The notes beneath the pieces are model-generated. The model did not search any database, was not told where the DNA came from, and saw only the letters and a program-made list of their open reading frames with translations. DNA of 64,000 nt. Source: Trueperaceae bacterium. Lineage in GTDB: Bacteria > Deinococcota > Deinococci > Deinococcales > Trueperaceae. The DNA lies in the NCBI GenBank assembly GCA_034521815.1, contig JAXHLW010000013.1:32001-96000 (forward strand), given 5' to 3'. The translations under genes and the position numbers were made by a program. This document shows positions 1 through 8,870 of this stretch, one piece after another (within the stretch, counting starts at the first letter, position 1; each line of letters begins with the position of its first letter).

Positions 1-69
1 GCCGGTGCGTTCGGTGATCGCCTCGAGGAGGTCCACGACCTGGTCGTTCTTCACGTTGAACTGCTTCAT
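1..69 (-). CDS. Probable type II TA antitoxin (VapB/Rv0623-like), 5' part only; runs off the window
   Basis: Manual translation MKQFNVKNDQVVDLLEAITERTG resembles the xLNIKNxxxxxLAxxLAxxTG start of Rv0623-type antitoxins; TAGACT box 6 nt upstream. Confidence 0.6.
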   Translation of the reverse strand, partial: MKQFNVKNDQVVDLLEAITERTG

Positions 70-75
70 GGCACC

Positions 76-103
76 AGTCTAGCAGGATTCTAGAAAGTGG
101 CAA
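76..103 (-). promoter_or_regulatory. Promoter TTGCCA-16-TAGACT with overlapping TCTAG-N7-CTAGA inverted repeat (possible autorepression operator)
   Basis: Read directly; inverted repeat at 78-82 and 90-94 overlaps the -10 box. Confidence 0.5.
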
Positions 104-203
104 TGAACGTATACCTGCACCGTGGCGGCGATCGCCTTCGGGTTGCCGGCCGCAGCCATCCACGGTCAGCGTCACCCACGCCACCCCAAGACACCACGCC
201 ACG

Positions 204-240
204 AAAAAAAGAGAAGGAGGCGCTCATCGCGCCTCCCTCG
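204..240 (-). terminator. Rho-independent terminator of the tRNA operon
   Basis: GGAGGCGC/GCGCCTCC stem followed by a T-rich tract on the minus strand. Confidence 0.85.
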
Positions 241-315
241 TGGTGACCCCTACGAGATTCGAACTCGTGCCGCCACCTTGAAAGGGTGGTGACCTAACCG
301 CTAGTCGAAGGGGCC
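241..315 (-). tRNA. tRNA-Glu (TTC)
   Basis: Reverse complement GGCCCC...CTTTCAA...GTTCGAATC...CACCA, 75 nt, encoded CCA. Confidence 0.97.
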
Positions 316-320
316 TTGCT

Positions 321-396
<76 letters not shown>

Positions 397-412
397 ATCG
401 TCAGCGTTAGGA

Positions 413-441
413 AGTCTACTCACCGTCCTGGGCGGTGTCAA
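413..441 (-). promoter_or_regulatory. Sigma70-type promoter of the tRNA operon, TTGACA-17-TAGACT
   Basis: -35 at 441-436, -10 at 418-413; the -10 contains the stop codon of the upstream ORF. Confidence 0.85.
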
Positions 442-697
442 GGTCGTTCGGGACGGGCGCGCCGTCCGTCTCGCCCTTGGGGTCGCACGAGATCCTGACC
501 CACGGAAACGTCGAGGTGAGCTCCTTGCGGCAGGTGGCCTCGGCCAGATCGGCCGACACGGTCACGCCACGCGCCCCCTCCTCGTCGCTCCACGAGATGC
601 GCGCCGTCGGCACCATCTGGCTCGCGACCCAGGCGAGGAGGGCCACCAGCGACAAGGCGGCCAGGGCGATCCCGATGCGGGCGCTCCAGCGAGGCAC
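416..697 (-). CDS. Small hypothetical protein with N-terminal TM/signal segment
   Basis: C-terminal part of ORF 416..1213 from GTG (VPRWSARIGIALAALSLV...); TACGCT box 6 nt upstream. Confidence 0.65.
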   Translation of the reverse strand: MPRWSARIGIALAALSLVALLAWVASQMVPTARISWSDEEGARGVTVSADLAEATCRKELTSTFPWVRISCDPKGETDGAPVPNDLDTAQDGE

Positions 698-739
698 GAA
701 GCGAGCGTACCCGAGTGCGGCCGGGTGTAGCGTGCGGGC

Positions 740-1395
740 GTGAACGCCTCTCGGATCGCGTTGGGCGCCCTGGTGGCCGCCAACCTCGTGCCGTTGATCG
801 GGGTCGGCTTCTTCGATTGGCGGCTGTACGACGTGATGCTGATCTACTGGCTCGAGAACGGCGTGATCGGCGTGTTCACCGTCGCGAGAATGGCGACGGC
901 GGCGGAGGAACGCTTCTCGGCGTTGGCACTCGTACCGTTCTTCACCGTCCACTACGGCTTGTTCTGGACGGTCCACGGCGTGTTCGTCGTCTCGCTGTTC
1001 GGGATCGACGGATCGTTCGCAGCGGCTCCTGGAAGCCGTGTCTTCCGGGGCGAGCTCCTCCGGCCTCCAGCGCCCTCGCGATCCCGTTGCCGACGGTCGG
1101 TACGGTCGCCGTGGCCGAAGGCGCTGCTCTCGCGACGTTCGGGCTCGTCCTGAGCCACGGCGTGTCGTTCGTTCGGACCTGGCTCGTCGCCGGGGAGCGG
1201 GCAGGCGTGTCACCGTCGGCGCTGATGCGCCGGCCGTACGGCAGGGTCATGATCCTGCACGTGACGCTGCTCGCTTCGGCGTTCGCCGTGACGGCGCTGG
1301 GCGCGCCGCTCGGAGCGCTGGTGCTCATGGTGGCGCTCAAGATCGTCGTGGACGCCGCCGCGCACCTACGCGAGCATCGCCGCGCCCGCGCGTAG
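740..1395 (+). pseudogene. DUF6498-like membrane protein, frameshifted near 1030-1075 (possible sequence error)
   Basis: N-half (ANLVPL.G...YWLENGVIG...FFTVHYGLF) in ORF 740..1153; C-half (LVLSHGVSF...PYGRVMILHV) in ORF 715..1395. Confidence 0.75.
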
Positions 1396-1419
1396 CTCGC
1401 GCCTGGGTGGCGACCGGCT

Positions 1420-2139
1420 TCAGTACTCCGGCGTCTGGCCTTGCGGGTGGAAGTGGATCTCGTCGAGGCGCATCCGTTCCGGCCGCGTCAGGGCGTACAC
1501 GATCGTGTCCGCGACGTCCTCGGCTGCGAGGGCCGAGGCGTCGGCCGGTCGCGGCGTGCCGTCGCCGAAATGGGTGGCCACCACGCCCGGGCGAACCTCC
1601 GTCACGCGGACGCCGTCGCCCGCGAGCTCCATCTGGAGCGCCCTGGTGAACGCGCGCTGGGCGTGCTTGCTGGCGGTGTACAGCGAGCCGTTCGCGAACG
1701 TCCGCGCCGAGACGTCGCTGGTCACGTTGATCACCTGGCCTCGCTGGGCACGCAGCGACGGCAACAGCGCGCGGGTCGTCAGGAACGTGCCTCGCACGTT
1801 GACCTCGAACACGCGGTCCCACGCTTCGATGGTGAGCTCGTCGACGGGCGCGAAGACGCCGATGCCCGCGTTGTTCACCAGCGCGTCGACCGGTCCTTGC
1901 TCGAGCGCGAATTCGCAGAACGCATCGACCGATGCGGGATCGCGGACGTCCAGGCGGTGCGTTCGGATGCGGTCGTGCTCGGCCTCGAGGCTCTCGAGGT
2001 CCGCTTCGTCGCGGGCGCCGGCCACGACGCGGGCGCCCGCGCGGGCGGTCTGGAGGGCGACGGCGCGGCCGATGCCTCGGCTGGCGCCGGTGACGACGAC
2101 GGTTCGGTCTGCGAGGTCCATTCGGTCTGCGAGATCCAT
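1420..2139 (-). CDS. SDR family oxidoreductase
   Basis: TGASRGIG, NNAG and YxxxK (YTASK) motifs. Confidence 0.93.
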   Translation of the reverse strand: MDLADRMDLADRTVVVTGASRGIGRAVALQTARAGARVVAGARDEADLESLEAEHDRIRTHRLDVRDPASVDAFCEFALEQGPVDALVNNAGIGVFAPVDELTIEAWDRVFEVNVRGTFLTTRALLPSLRAQRGQVINVTSDVSARTFANGSLYTASKHAQRAFTRALQMELAGDGVRVTEVRPGVVATHFGDGTPRPADASALAAEDVADTIVYALTRPERMRLDEIHFHPQGQTPEY

Positions 2140-2148
2140 GGCGGAAGC

Positions 2149-2847
2149 CTACCGCGCGTTGGCCGCGCGTCGCTCCTCGGCGTCGTCGGTCGCGTCGTCG
2201 GCGCTCGCACCGTCGCGGTCCGAAACGTCGCGGCCCGAAACCTCGCCGCCCGAAACGTCGCGACGCGCACCGCCCCGCTCGTAGGCGAGCGGCGAATCGG
2301 GCGACGCCGCCCGGCTGGGCTGCCGGGTGGCCGCCGTCGCCCAGGCGTCGCGCCAGATCTCCATGTGGACGTCGGTGCGCCCTGCGCTCGCGGCCGTGCG
2401 CCGCAGCTCCCGGAACCCGGCCTTGCGGAACGCGGCCTGGGCGCGGTCGTTGTCGGCGAAGGTGGTGAGCCGGACGGTGTCCAGCCCCAGCTCACGGAAC
2501 GCGTGGTCCAGCAGCGCGTGGATCGCTTCGGGGCCGTACCCCCGGTTCCAGTGCGTGCGCTCGCCGATGATGATGCCGAGGGTCGCCGTGCGGCCGCGAA
2601 GGTCGTACAGCTCGACCGTCCCGATGTAGTCGTCGTGCTCGTCGTACACGCCGAACGTCGCGCGATCCCGGCGCCGCGCGTCCGCCTTCAGCACGCGCCT
2701 CAGCAGCCACAGCGGCAGTCGGTTCGGCGGCGTGCCGTTCAGGTGCGCGATCTCGGGGTCGCGGAAGTGCGTCTGCACGCGACGCCAGTCCGCTCGCCGG
2801 AGCTCCTCGAGAGGCCGGAGCCGAACGCGACCGAAGGCGGGATCCAT
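2149..2847 (-). CDS. GNAT N-acetyltransferase (RimJ/RimL-like)
   Basis: WNRGYGPEA acetyl-CoA motif and N.RA...F.KAGF; start set by TAGACT box. Confidence 0.88.
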   Translation of the reverse strand: MDPAFGRVRLRPLEELRRADWRRVQTHFRDPEIAHLNGTPPNRLPLWLLRRVLKADARRRDRATFGVYDEHDDYIGTVELYDLRGRTATLGIIIGERTHWNRGYGPEAIHALLDHAFRELGLDTVRLTTFADNDRAQAAFRKAGFRELRRTAASAGRTDVHMEIWRDAWATAATRQPSRAASPDSPLAYERGGARRDVSGGEVSGRDVSDRDGASADDATDDAEERRAANAR

Positions 2848-2917
2848 GGTCCCGAGTCTACGCCGGAGGCGGAGTATGCTCGTGGAACGCACCGTACGAA
2901 CCCGAAGCGGAGGACCG

Positions 2918-3904
2918 ATGGCACCCGAACCCTACAGCCGAGGAGGCGCCGGCGACGCGCCGACGCCCGAGAGCGTCGCGTCCCGCGTCGCGACGCTGCG
3001 AACCTCGATCGGACGCGTGATCCTCGGCCAGGAACGCCTGGTCGAGGACCTGCTCGTCGCCGCGCTGGCGCGCGGGCACGTGCTCATCGAAGGCGCGCCC
3101 GGCCTGGGCAAGACGCGGCTGGTCCGCGCGTTCGCCGACGCGACCGATCTGCACTTCGGCCGCGTGCAGTTCACGCCGGACCTGATGCCGGCGGACGTGA
3201 CCGGTAGCAGCGTGTTCGTCGAGGAGGGCCACGGACGGTTCGAGTTCCGGCCCGGGCCGGTGTTCACGAACGTGCTGCTCGCGGACGAGATCAACCGCGC
3301 CACGCCGAAGACCCAGTCGGCGCTCCTCGAGGCGATGCAGGAGCGCTTCGTGACGACGTCCGGTGAGCGTCACGAGCTGCCCGACCCGTTCCTGGTGCTC
3401 GCCACCCAGAACCCGATCGAGATGGAGGGGACCTACCCGCTGCCCGAAGCGCAGCTGGACCGGTTCCTGTTCAAGCTGGACGTGCCCCGGCCCGATCGCG
3501 CGACGTTGGTGCGGATCCTCGAGGCCACCACCGGTCGCGAGGAGGAGGTCCCTGGAACGGTGTTCGAGCGCGACGAGCTGCTGGCGCTCCAGTCGCTGCT
3601 TCGCGACGTTCCGATCGCGACGGCCGGCCTGGAGTACGCCGCTCGCCTGGTCGAGGCCAGCCACGCCCTGCCGGGCGTGCGGCTGGGCGCCAGTCCGCGC
3701 GGGGCGCAGGCGCTGGTGCTCGCGGCCAAGGGGTACGCACTCTTGGACGGCCGCCCGCACGTCGAGTACGAGGACCTTCGCAGGGCGGTCCTGCCGTCGC
3801 TGCGTCACCGCCTGCTGCCGTCGTTCGAGGCCGAGGTCGAGGGCCGGAACGTCGACGCGATCCTGAGCGAGCTGCTCGAGAAGGTGCCGGAGGTCGGACG
3901 CTAA
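2918..3904 (+). CDS. MoxR family AAA+ ATPase
   Basis: GAPGLGKT, QFTPDLMPAD, LADEINR, ATQNPIE..GTYPLPEAQLDRF; GGAGGA RBS. Confidence 0.95.
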   Translation: MAPEPYSRGGAGDAPTPESVASRVATLRTSIGRVILGQERLVEDLLVAALARGHVLIEGAPGLGKTRLVRAFADATDLHFGRVQFTPDLMPADVTGSSVFVEEGHGRFEFRPGPVFTNVLLADEINRATPKTQSALLEAMQERFVTTSGERHELPDPFLVLATQNPIEMEGTYPLPEAQLDRFLFKLDVPRPDRATLVRILEATTGREEEVPGTVFERDELLALQSLLRDVPIATAGLEYAARLVEASHALPGVRLGASPRGAQALVLAAKGYALLDGRPHVEYEDLRRAVLPSLRHRLLPSFEAEVEGRNVDAILSELLEKVPEVGR

Positions 3905-3905
3905 C

Positions 3906-4799
3906 GTGCCCGCACCGGCGATCCCGACCGCGCTCCTGGATCGCTACGCGCTGGTGACCGGTGCGCGTGGCGCGCGCAGCGGCGAGCGGTCGGCCCGGGA
4001 GGCGGGGCACTCGGTCGAGTTCCTGGACTACCGGGCGTACCAGCCGGGCGACGAGCCGAGAGCCGTGGACTGGCGTGCCTACGCACGCAGCGGCCGGTTG
4101 TACACCCGGCTCTACCACGCCGAACGGGCGGCGGATCTGCACGTGCTGTTGGACACCAGTCCCAGCATGCGGCTGCACGGCAAGCGCCGCTACGCCGCGG
4201 CGGCGGCCCGGGTGGTGGCGGGGTTGTCGAGGCACGAGGCGTCGGCGAAGGTCCATCTCCTGGACGGCCGCTCCAGCCCGACCGCCCATGGGCGCGGCGA
4301 CGTCGGCACGCTCTGGCGGTTCGTGGACGACGCGCCCGAGACGCCGGTCGATCCGGACGTGCCGCTGGTCCGGCAGCTCACCACTCGGGTGCTCAGTCTT
4401 CCGACCCACCGCGGCGCGGCCGCGCTGGTGGTGCTGTCCGACCTGCTCGATCCGGCGCCGCTGCAGCCGCTGTTGGCGGCGGCCCGGGCGCGGAGGATCG
4501 AGCTGCTGTTCGTCCAGACCCTGGCGCGTGCCGAGCGGGAGCCGGTTCCCGGGCGCCTGGAGCTCGTGGACGTCGAGGACGGTGCCGTCATCGAGGTCGG
4601 ACCGGACGAGGCGCGCGCGTACCGCGACGCCGTCCGGTCGTTCATCGCGCGACTTCGCAGCGAGATCGTGTCGGCCGGTCAGCGTCACGTGCTGCTCGAG
4701 GTGCCGCCAGCGGCTGCCGAGGACGCGACGCCCGTCGGCGAGCTGGAGCGGGACGCGTTCGCCGGTCTGGTGCGGGCCGGCGTGGTGGCGCGGCGATGA
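3906..4799 (+). CDS. DUF58 domain protein
   Basis: EF.DYR.YQPGD....DW..YAR and LLDTSPSM motifs; follows MoxR. Confidence 0.9.
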   Translation: MPAPAIPTALLDRYALVTGARGARSGERSAREAGHSVEFLDYRAYQPGDEPRAVDWRAYARSGRLYTRLYHAERAADLHVLLDTSPSMRLHGKRRYAAAAARVVAGLSRHEASAKVHLLDGRSSPTAHGRGDVGTLWRFVDDAPETPVDPDVPLVRQLTTRVLSLPTHRGAAALVVLSDLLDPAPLQPLLAAARARRIELLFVQTLARAEREPVPGRLELVDVEDGAVIEVGPDEARAYRDAVRSFIARLRSEIVSAGQRHVLLEVPPAAAEDATPVGELERDAFAGLVRAGVVARR

Positions 4800-4868
4800 G
4801 GTGCGCAGCGACGAGCCGCTCGCCCGTGAGACGCGCGCCCTCGCCGTCGCGATAGGCTCGGCGGTGTC

Positions 4869-5672
4869 GTGAACCTTCTGGGAATGCGCTACGGCGCCGG
4901 CTACCAGCTCGTGCGCGAGATCGCCCGCGGCGCGGGGGCGAAGGTGCTCCTGGCCAGCGACGGGCGGCGCGTCGAGGCGGTCAAGGCGTTCCCGGAGAGC
5001 GACGCCGTTCGTGCCGATCGCGAGCTGCGGTTCGGCGCCGGTCTCGACCATCCCAACCTGAACCCGGTGCTGCGCCGTATCGAGCTGGGCGCGCACCCGG
5101 CGGTGGCCATGCCGTTCGTGCCCGGTCGTCGCTTGGGCGTTTGGCTGCCCGCGGCGTCGCGACACGAGCGTTTGCGCGTGATCGACGAGCTCCTGGCGGG
5201 GCTCGGGGCGTTCCACGCGCGCGGCACGGTGCACCGCGACGTCAAGCCCGACAACGTGCTGGTCACGCGCGACGGCGCTCCGGTCCTGATCGACTACGAC
5301 CTCGCGGTGCGGGTCGACGACGTGGGCGATCGCCGCACCACGGCCGGCACCGCCCTGTACCTCAGCCCGGAGCAGGCGCGAGGCGAGCCGGCCGAGCCGG
5401 CCAGCGACCTGTACGCCGTCGGCATCCTGCTCTACCGCGTGTTGACCGGCGAGGTCCCGTTCGCGGGCACGCTGTCCGACGTGGTCGAGCGACACCGAAG
5501 CTCGACCGCGCGACCTCCCTCCGCGTTCGATCCGGCGTTGGCCCCGTTCGACGGGGTGGTGGCGCGGCTGCTGGACAAGCGTCCCGCCGATCGGTTCGCC
5601 GATGCGGAGGCCGTCCGGTCCGAGCTGCGGCGGGCGTACCGGCCGACACGTCCGGTATATTGGCGCGAATGA
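4869..5672 (+). CDS. Hanks-type Ser/Thr protein kinase, catalytic domain only
   Basis: HRDVKPDN, GTALYLSPEQ, SDLYAVG; DYD in place of DFG. Confidence 0.9.
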   Translation: MNLLGMRYGAGYQLVREIARGAGAKVLLASDGRRVEAVKAFPESDAVRADRELRFGAGLDHPNLNPVLRRIELGAHPAVAMPFVPGRRLGVWLPAASRHERLRVIDELLAGLGAFHARGTVHRDVKPDNVLVTRDGAPVLIDYDLAVRVDDVGDRRTTAGTALYLSPEQARGEPAEPASDLYAVGILLYRVLTGEVPFAGTLSDVVERHRSSTARPPSAFDPALAPFDGVVARLLDKRPADRFADAEAVRSELRRAYRPTRPVYWRE

Positions 5673-7879
5673 TCGAGCGTGTCGCAGTCACGGTGCTCGC
5701 CCTCCTCACGCTGCTCAGCATCTGGCTGGCGCCGTGGGCGGCCTTCAATCGCGAGACCGGTGCACGTGGAGCCGTCACCCTGCTTCCGAACCGCATCGTG
5801 GACTTCACCGGCCGGACCGAGCCGGTGCACGTTCCCGGTCAGCGCGCGGTGCTGGTGCTCACGCTGGTGGGCGCGGCGGCGGCCGCGGGAGGCGCGGCGC
5901 TTCCGGGTCGCGCCCGCCGGATCGTCTGGCTTGGCGCCGGTGCGCTGCTCGTCGTCACGACGGCGGCGGGGCTGGGCACGCACGCCGCGACGTACGACGA
6001 GGCGCGACGGACGGAGCTCCGCTCGGAGCTCGAGGGTGCGTTGGCCGATCCCGGTGGCCGCGTCGACGTAGAGGGTCTGGAGGCGCTGGTCGGACGCATG
6101 AACGACCAGCCGCTCGAGAGGACGCAGCAGGAGGCTCTGCAGGTCGGGGTCCGCATCCGCAGGCTCCCCTACAGCGGGGTCTCGCCCGGCCTGGCCGCGT
6201 TCCTCGCCATCGTCACGGGCTCGCTGGCGCTGCTGTACGGCGCTCGGGTCGTGCCGGTCGGCGATCGCTGGGTCAGGCGTCTCACCGACGTCGCCGCGGT
6301 GCCGCTCACGGCGATCTTGCTGGCGCTGGGCGCCGCCGCGATCGTGATCCTGGCGCTTCAGTCGACGCCGGTCGGCAGCGGTGTGGCGATCGAGGGCTGG
6401 CAGGCCTACCTGACCGGTCGCCTCGACACGCTGTGGTTTTCGTACTACACGCTGTTCTCGGGATCGCTGGGGACGTTCGAGGGGTTCGCGCAGGCGCTCA
6501 AGTTCGCCACGCCGCTGATCTTCACCGGGCTGGGCGTCGCGTTCGGGTTCCAGGCCGGCCTGTTCAACATCGGTGCGCCCGGTCAGATGGTGCTGGGCGC
6601 CCTGTTCGCGATGTTCGCCGGCGTGTACCTTCCCGGGCCGGCGTTCTTCGTGCTGCCCGCGTCCGTGATCGCAGCGGCGCTCGGGGGAGGCCTGTGGGGC
6701 GCGCTTCCCGGCTTCCTCAAGGCGCGCTTCGGGGCGAACGAGGTGATCAACACCATCTTGCTGAACTTCATCGCCAGCTCGCTGCTGTTGTTCGTTCTCT
6801 CGTCCAGCCCGGTGTTCGCCGCCTCGGCCCTGCGCGTGCTGACGGTGCTGGGCGTGGCGGTTGCCGTGATGATCATCGCGGCGCTGATCGGTCCGATCCG
6901 ACGGGTGGCCGGACGAGCGCCACGCCTCACGCTCGCGATCGTCGGCATCGCGCTCCTCGGCGCGATGACGGTGGCGGGCTGGCCGCGACCGGACGACGGA
7001 CCGGTGACGATCGAGCTTCCCTTCAAGGTGCCCGGCTCCGAGCCGAAGTCGGTGCCGCTCCAGGAGACCGCCCGGCTGCCGCAGCTTCCCGCGCTGTTCG
7101 GCATCGACGCCGCGACGATGATCGGCTCGACCCGGACGACGGTGGACGCCGCCGCCTGGCTCGCCGGCGGGGTGGCCCTGGCGGTGCTGCTGATCGGCGG
7201 CCGCATCGGTCTGGCGTCGGCCCGCAGGCGTCTGATCGGGACGGTGGTGATCGCTGCCCTCACGTACGGCGTGGCCGCGCTCCTGGGCTGGCGATCGGTA
7301 CCGTTCACGGTGCCTCCGTCGAACCTGAACTTCGGCTTCGTGATCGCGCTCGGCACGGCGGTGTTCATGCAGGTGTTCCTGTGGCGCACGAAGTGGGGCT
7401 ACGAGCTGCGTGCCGTGGGGCTCTCGCCCACGGCTGCGGAGTACGGCGGCGCGTCGATCGCGCGCAACACGGTGCTGGCGATGGCCATCAGCGGCGCGTT
7501 CGCGGGTCTGACCGCCACGCACTACGTGCTGGGCGGGGCCCTCGAGGAGTACTCGCTTCGCCAGTCGCTCCCCACCGGGGACGGTTTCGACGGCATCGCC
7601 GTCGCCCTGCTGGGCGCGAACAACCCTGTCGGGGTGGTGCTCTCGGCGTTCCTGTTCGGGGTGCTCAAGAACGGCGGCTCGACCCTGAACATCACCTTCA
7701 CCGATCTGACGCGCGACGTGGTGAACATGATCCTGGCGCTGGTCGTGCTGTTCATCGCCGCGAAGGGATTCCTTCCCGAGCGGTTCACCGATCCGATCAA
7801 GCGCGCCGCATGGCGACGTAGGCGTGGCGAGCAGACCGAAGAAGAGGCGATCGAGGAGCTCGAAGGGGAGGGGGCCTGA
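5669..7879 (+). CDS. Nucleoside/sugar (BMP-type) ABC transporter permease, extended
   Basis: PLIFTGL...AGLFNIGA.GQ, NEVINTILLNFIA, GFDGIAVALLG; ATGA overlap with the kinase. Confidence 0.9.
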   Translation: MIERVAVTVLALLTLLSIWLAPWAAFNRETGARGAVTLLPNRIVDFTGRTEPVHVPGQRAVLVLTLVGAAAAAGGAALPGRARRIVWLGAGALLVVTTAAGLGTHAATYDEARRTELRSELEGALADPGGRVDVEGLEALVGRMNDQPLERTQQEALQVGVRIRRLPYSGVSPGLAAFLAIVTGSLALLYGARVVPVGDRWVRRLTDVAAVPLTAILLALGAAAIVILALQSTPVGSGVAIEGWQAYLTGRLDTLWFSYYTLFSGSLGTFEGFAQALKFATPLIFTGLGVAFGFQAGLFNIGAPGQMVLGALFAMFAGVYLPGPAFFVLPASVIAAALGGGLWGALPGFLKARFGANEVINTILLNFIASSLLLFVLSSSPVFAASALRVLTVLGVAVAVMIIAALIGPIRRVAGRAPRLTLAIVGIALLGAMTVAGWPRPDDGPVTIELPFKVPGSEPKSVPLQETARLPQLPALFGIDAATMIGSTRTTVDAAAWLAGGVALAVLLIGGRIGLASARRRLIGTVVIAALTYGVAALLGWRSVPFTVPPSNLNFGFVIALGTAVFMQVFLWRTKWGYELRAVGLSPTAAEYGGASIARNTVLAMAISGAFAGLTATHYVLGGALEEYSLRQSLPTGDGFDGIAVALLGANNPVGVVLSAFLFGVLKNGGSTLNITFTDLTRDVVNMILALVVLFIAAKGFLPERFTDPIKRAAWRRRRGEQTEEEAIEELEGEGA

Positions 7880-7880
7880 G

Positions 7881-8813
7881 ATGGACCTGGTGATCCTCGC
7901 CACCCTCGTGGCCTCGGCGCTCCGCGCCACCACGCCGCTGTTGCTGGCCTCGCTGGGCGGGCTGTTCAGCGAGCGCAGCGGGGTCGTGAACATCGCTCTC
8001 GAGGGGATCATGATCTTCGGCGCGCTGGCCGCCGCCGTCACCGCGCAGCTGGTCGAGCGCCCCTACCTGGCCGACGATCCGAACGCCGTCGTCTGGTTCG
8101 CGCCGTGGCTCGGGGTTCTCGCCGCGATGATCGTGGGCGGGGCGGTCGGCTGGATCCACGCCGTCGTATCGATCCGCTACAAGGCGGACCAGATCATCTC
8201 GGCCACGGCGATCAACTTGATGGCGATCGGCATTCCGGCGGTGATCCTGACCGGCCTGTACGACAACTCGACCGCCAGCGCACGCATCGAGAACCGGCTG
8301 CCGCAGTGGGGCTTCGGCGTGTTCGATTTCTCTCCGCTGGTCTACCTCGCGTTCTTGCTGGTTCCGGCCGCCTGGTACGTCCTGTACCGGACGCCGTTCG
8401 GCCTGCGCCTCCGCGCCGTCGGCGAGCATCCCGAGGCGGCCGATTCGGTCGGGATCGACGTGCGGCGCATGCGCTACTACGGCGTGATCATCTCGGGCGT
8501 GCTGGCGGGCCTGGGCGGCGCGTACCTGTCGATCGGCAATCTGAACCAGTTCGTCGCCGAGATGTCGGGCGGCCGCGGGTTCATCGCGCTGGCCGCGCTC
8601 ATCTTCGGCAAGTGGACGCCGTTCGGCGCGCTGGGAGCGACGCTCCTGTTCGGCGCGTTCGAGGCGGTCGGGACGCTGCTGGGCGGAGGCGAGCTGTTGC
8701 CGCCGTCGCTGGTGCAGGCGGTTCCGTTCATCCTGACGATGCTGGTCCTCGCCGGCTTCGTCGGGCGCGCGATCCCGCCCAAGGCGATCGGCAAACCGTT
8801 CGAAAAGTCTTGA
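7881..8813 (+). CDS. Nucleoside/sugar ABC transporter permease
   Basis: ERSGVVNIALEG, GLRLRAVGEHP, GRGFIALAA.IFGKW. Confidence 0.93.
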   Translation: MDLVILATLVASALRATTPLLLASLGGLFSERSGVVNIALEGIMIFGALAAAVTAQLVERPYLADDPNAVVWFAPWLGVLAAMIVGGAVGWIHAVVSIRYKADQIISATAINLMAIGIPAVILTGLYDNSTASARIENRLPQWGFGVFDFSPLVYLAFLLVPAAWYVLYRTPFGLRLRAVGEHPEAADSVGIDVRRMRYYGVIISGVLAGLGGAYLSIGNLNQFVAEMSGGRGFIALAALIFGKWTPFGALGATLLFGAFEAVGTLLGGGELLPPSLVQAVPFILTMLVLAGFVGRAIPPKAIGKPFEKS

Positions 8814-8870
8814 TTCGACGCGTCGTGCTGCTCGCGGATCGCCCGTGAGCGAGGCGGCCTGGAGGTCCCC

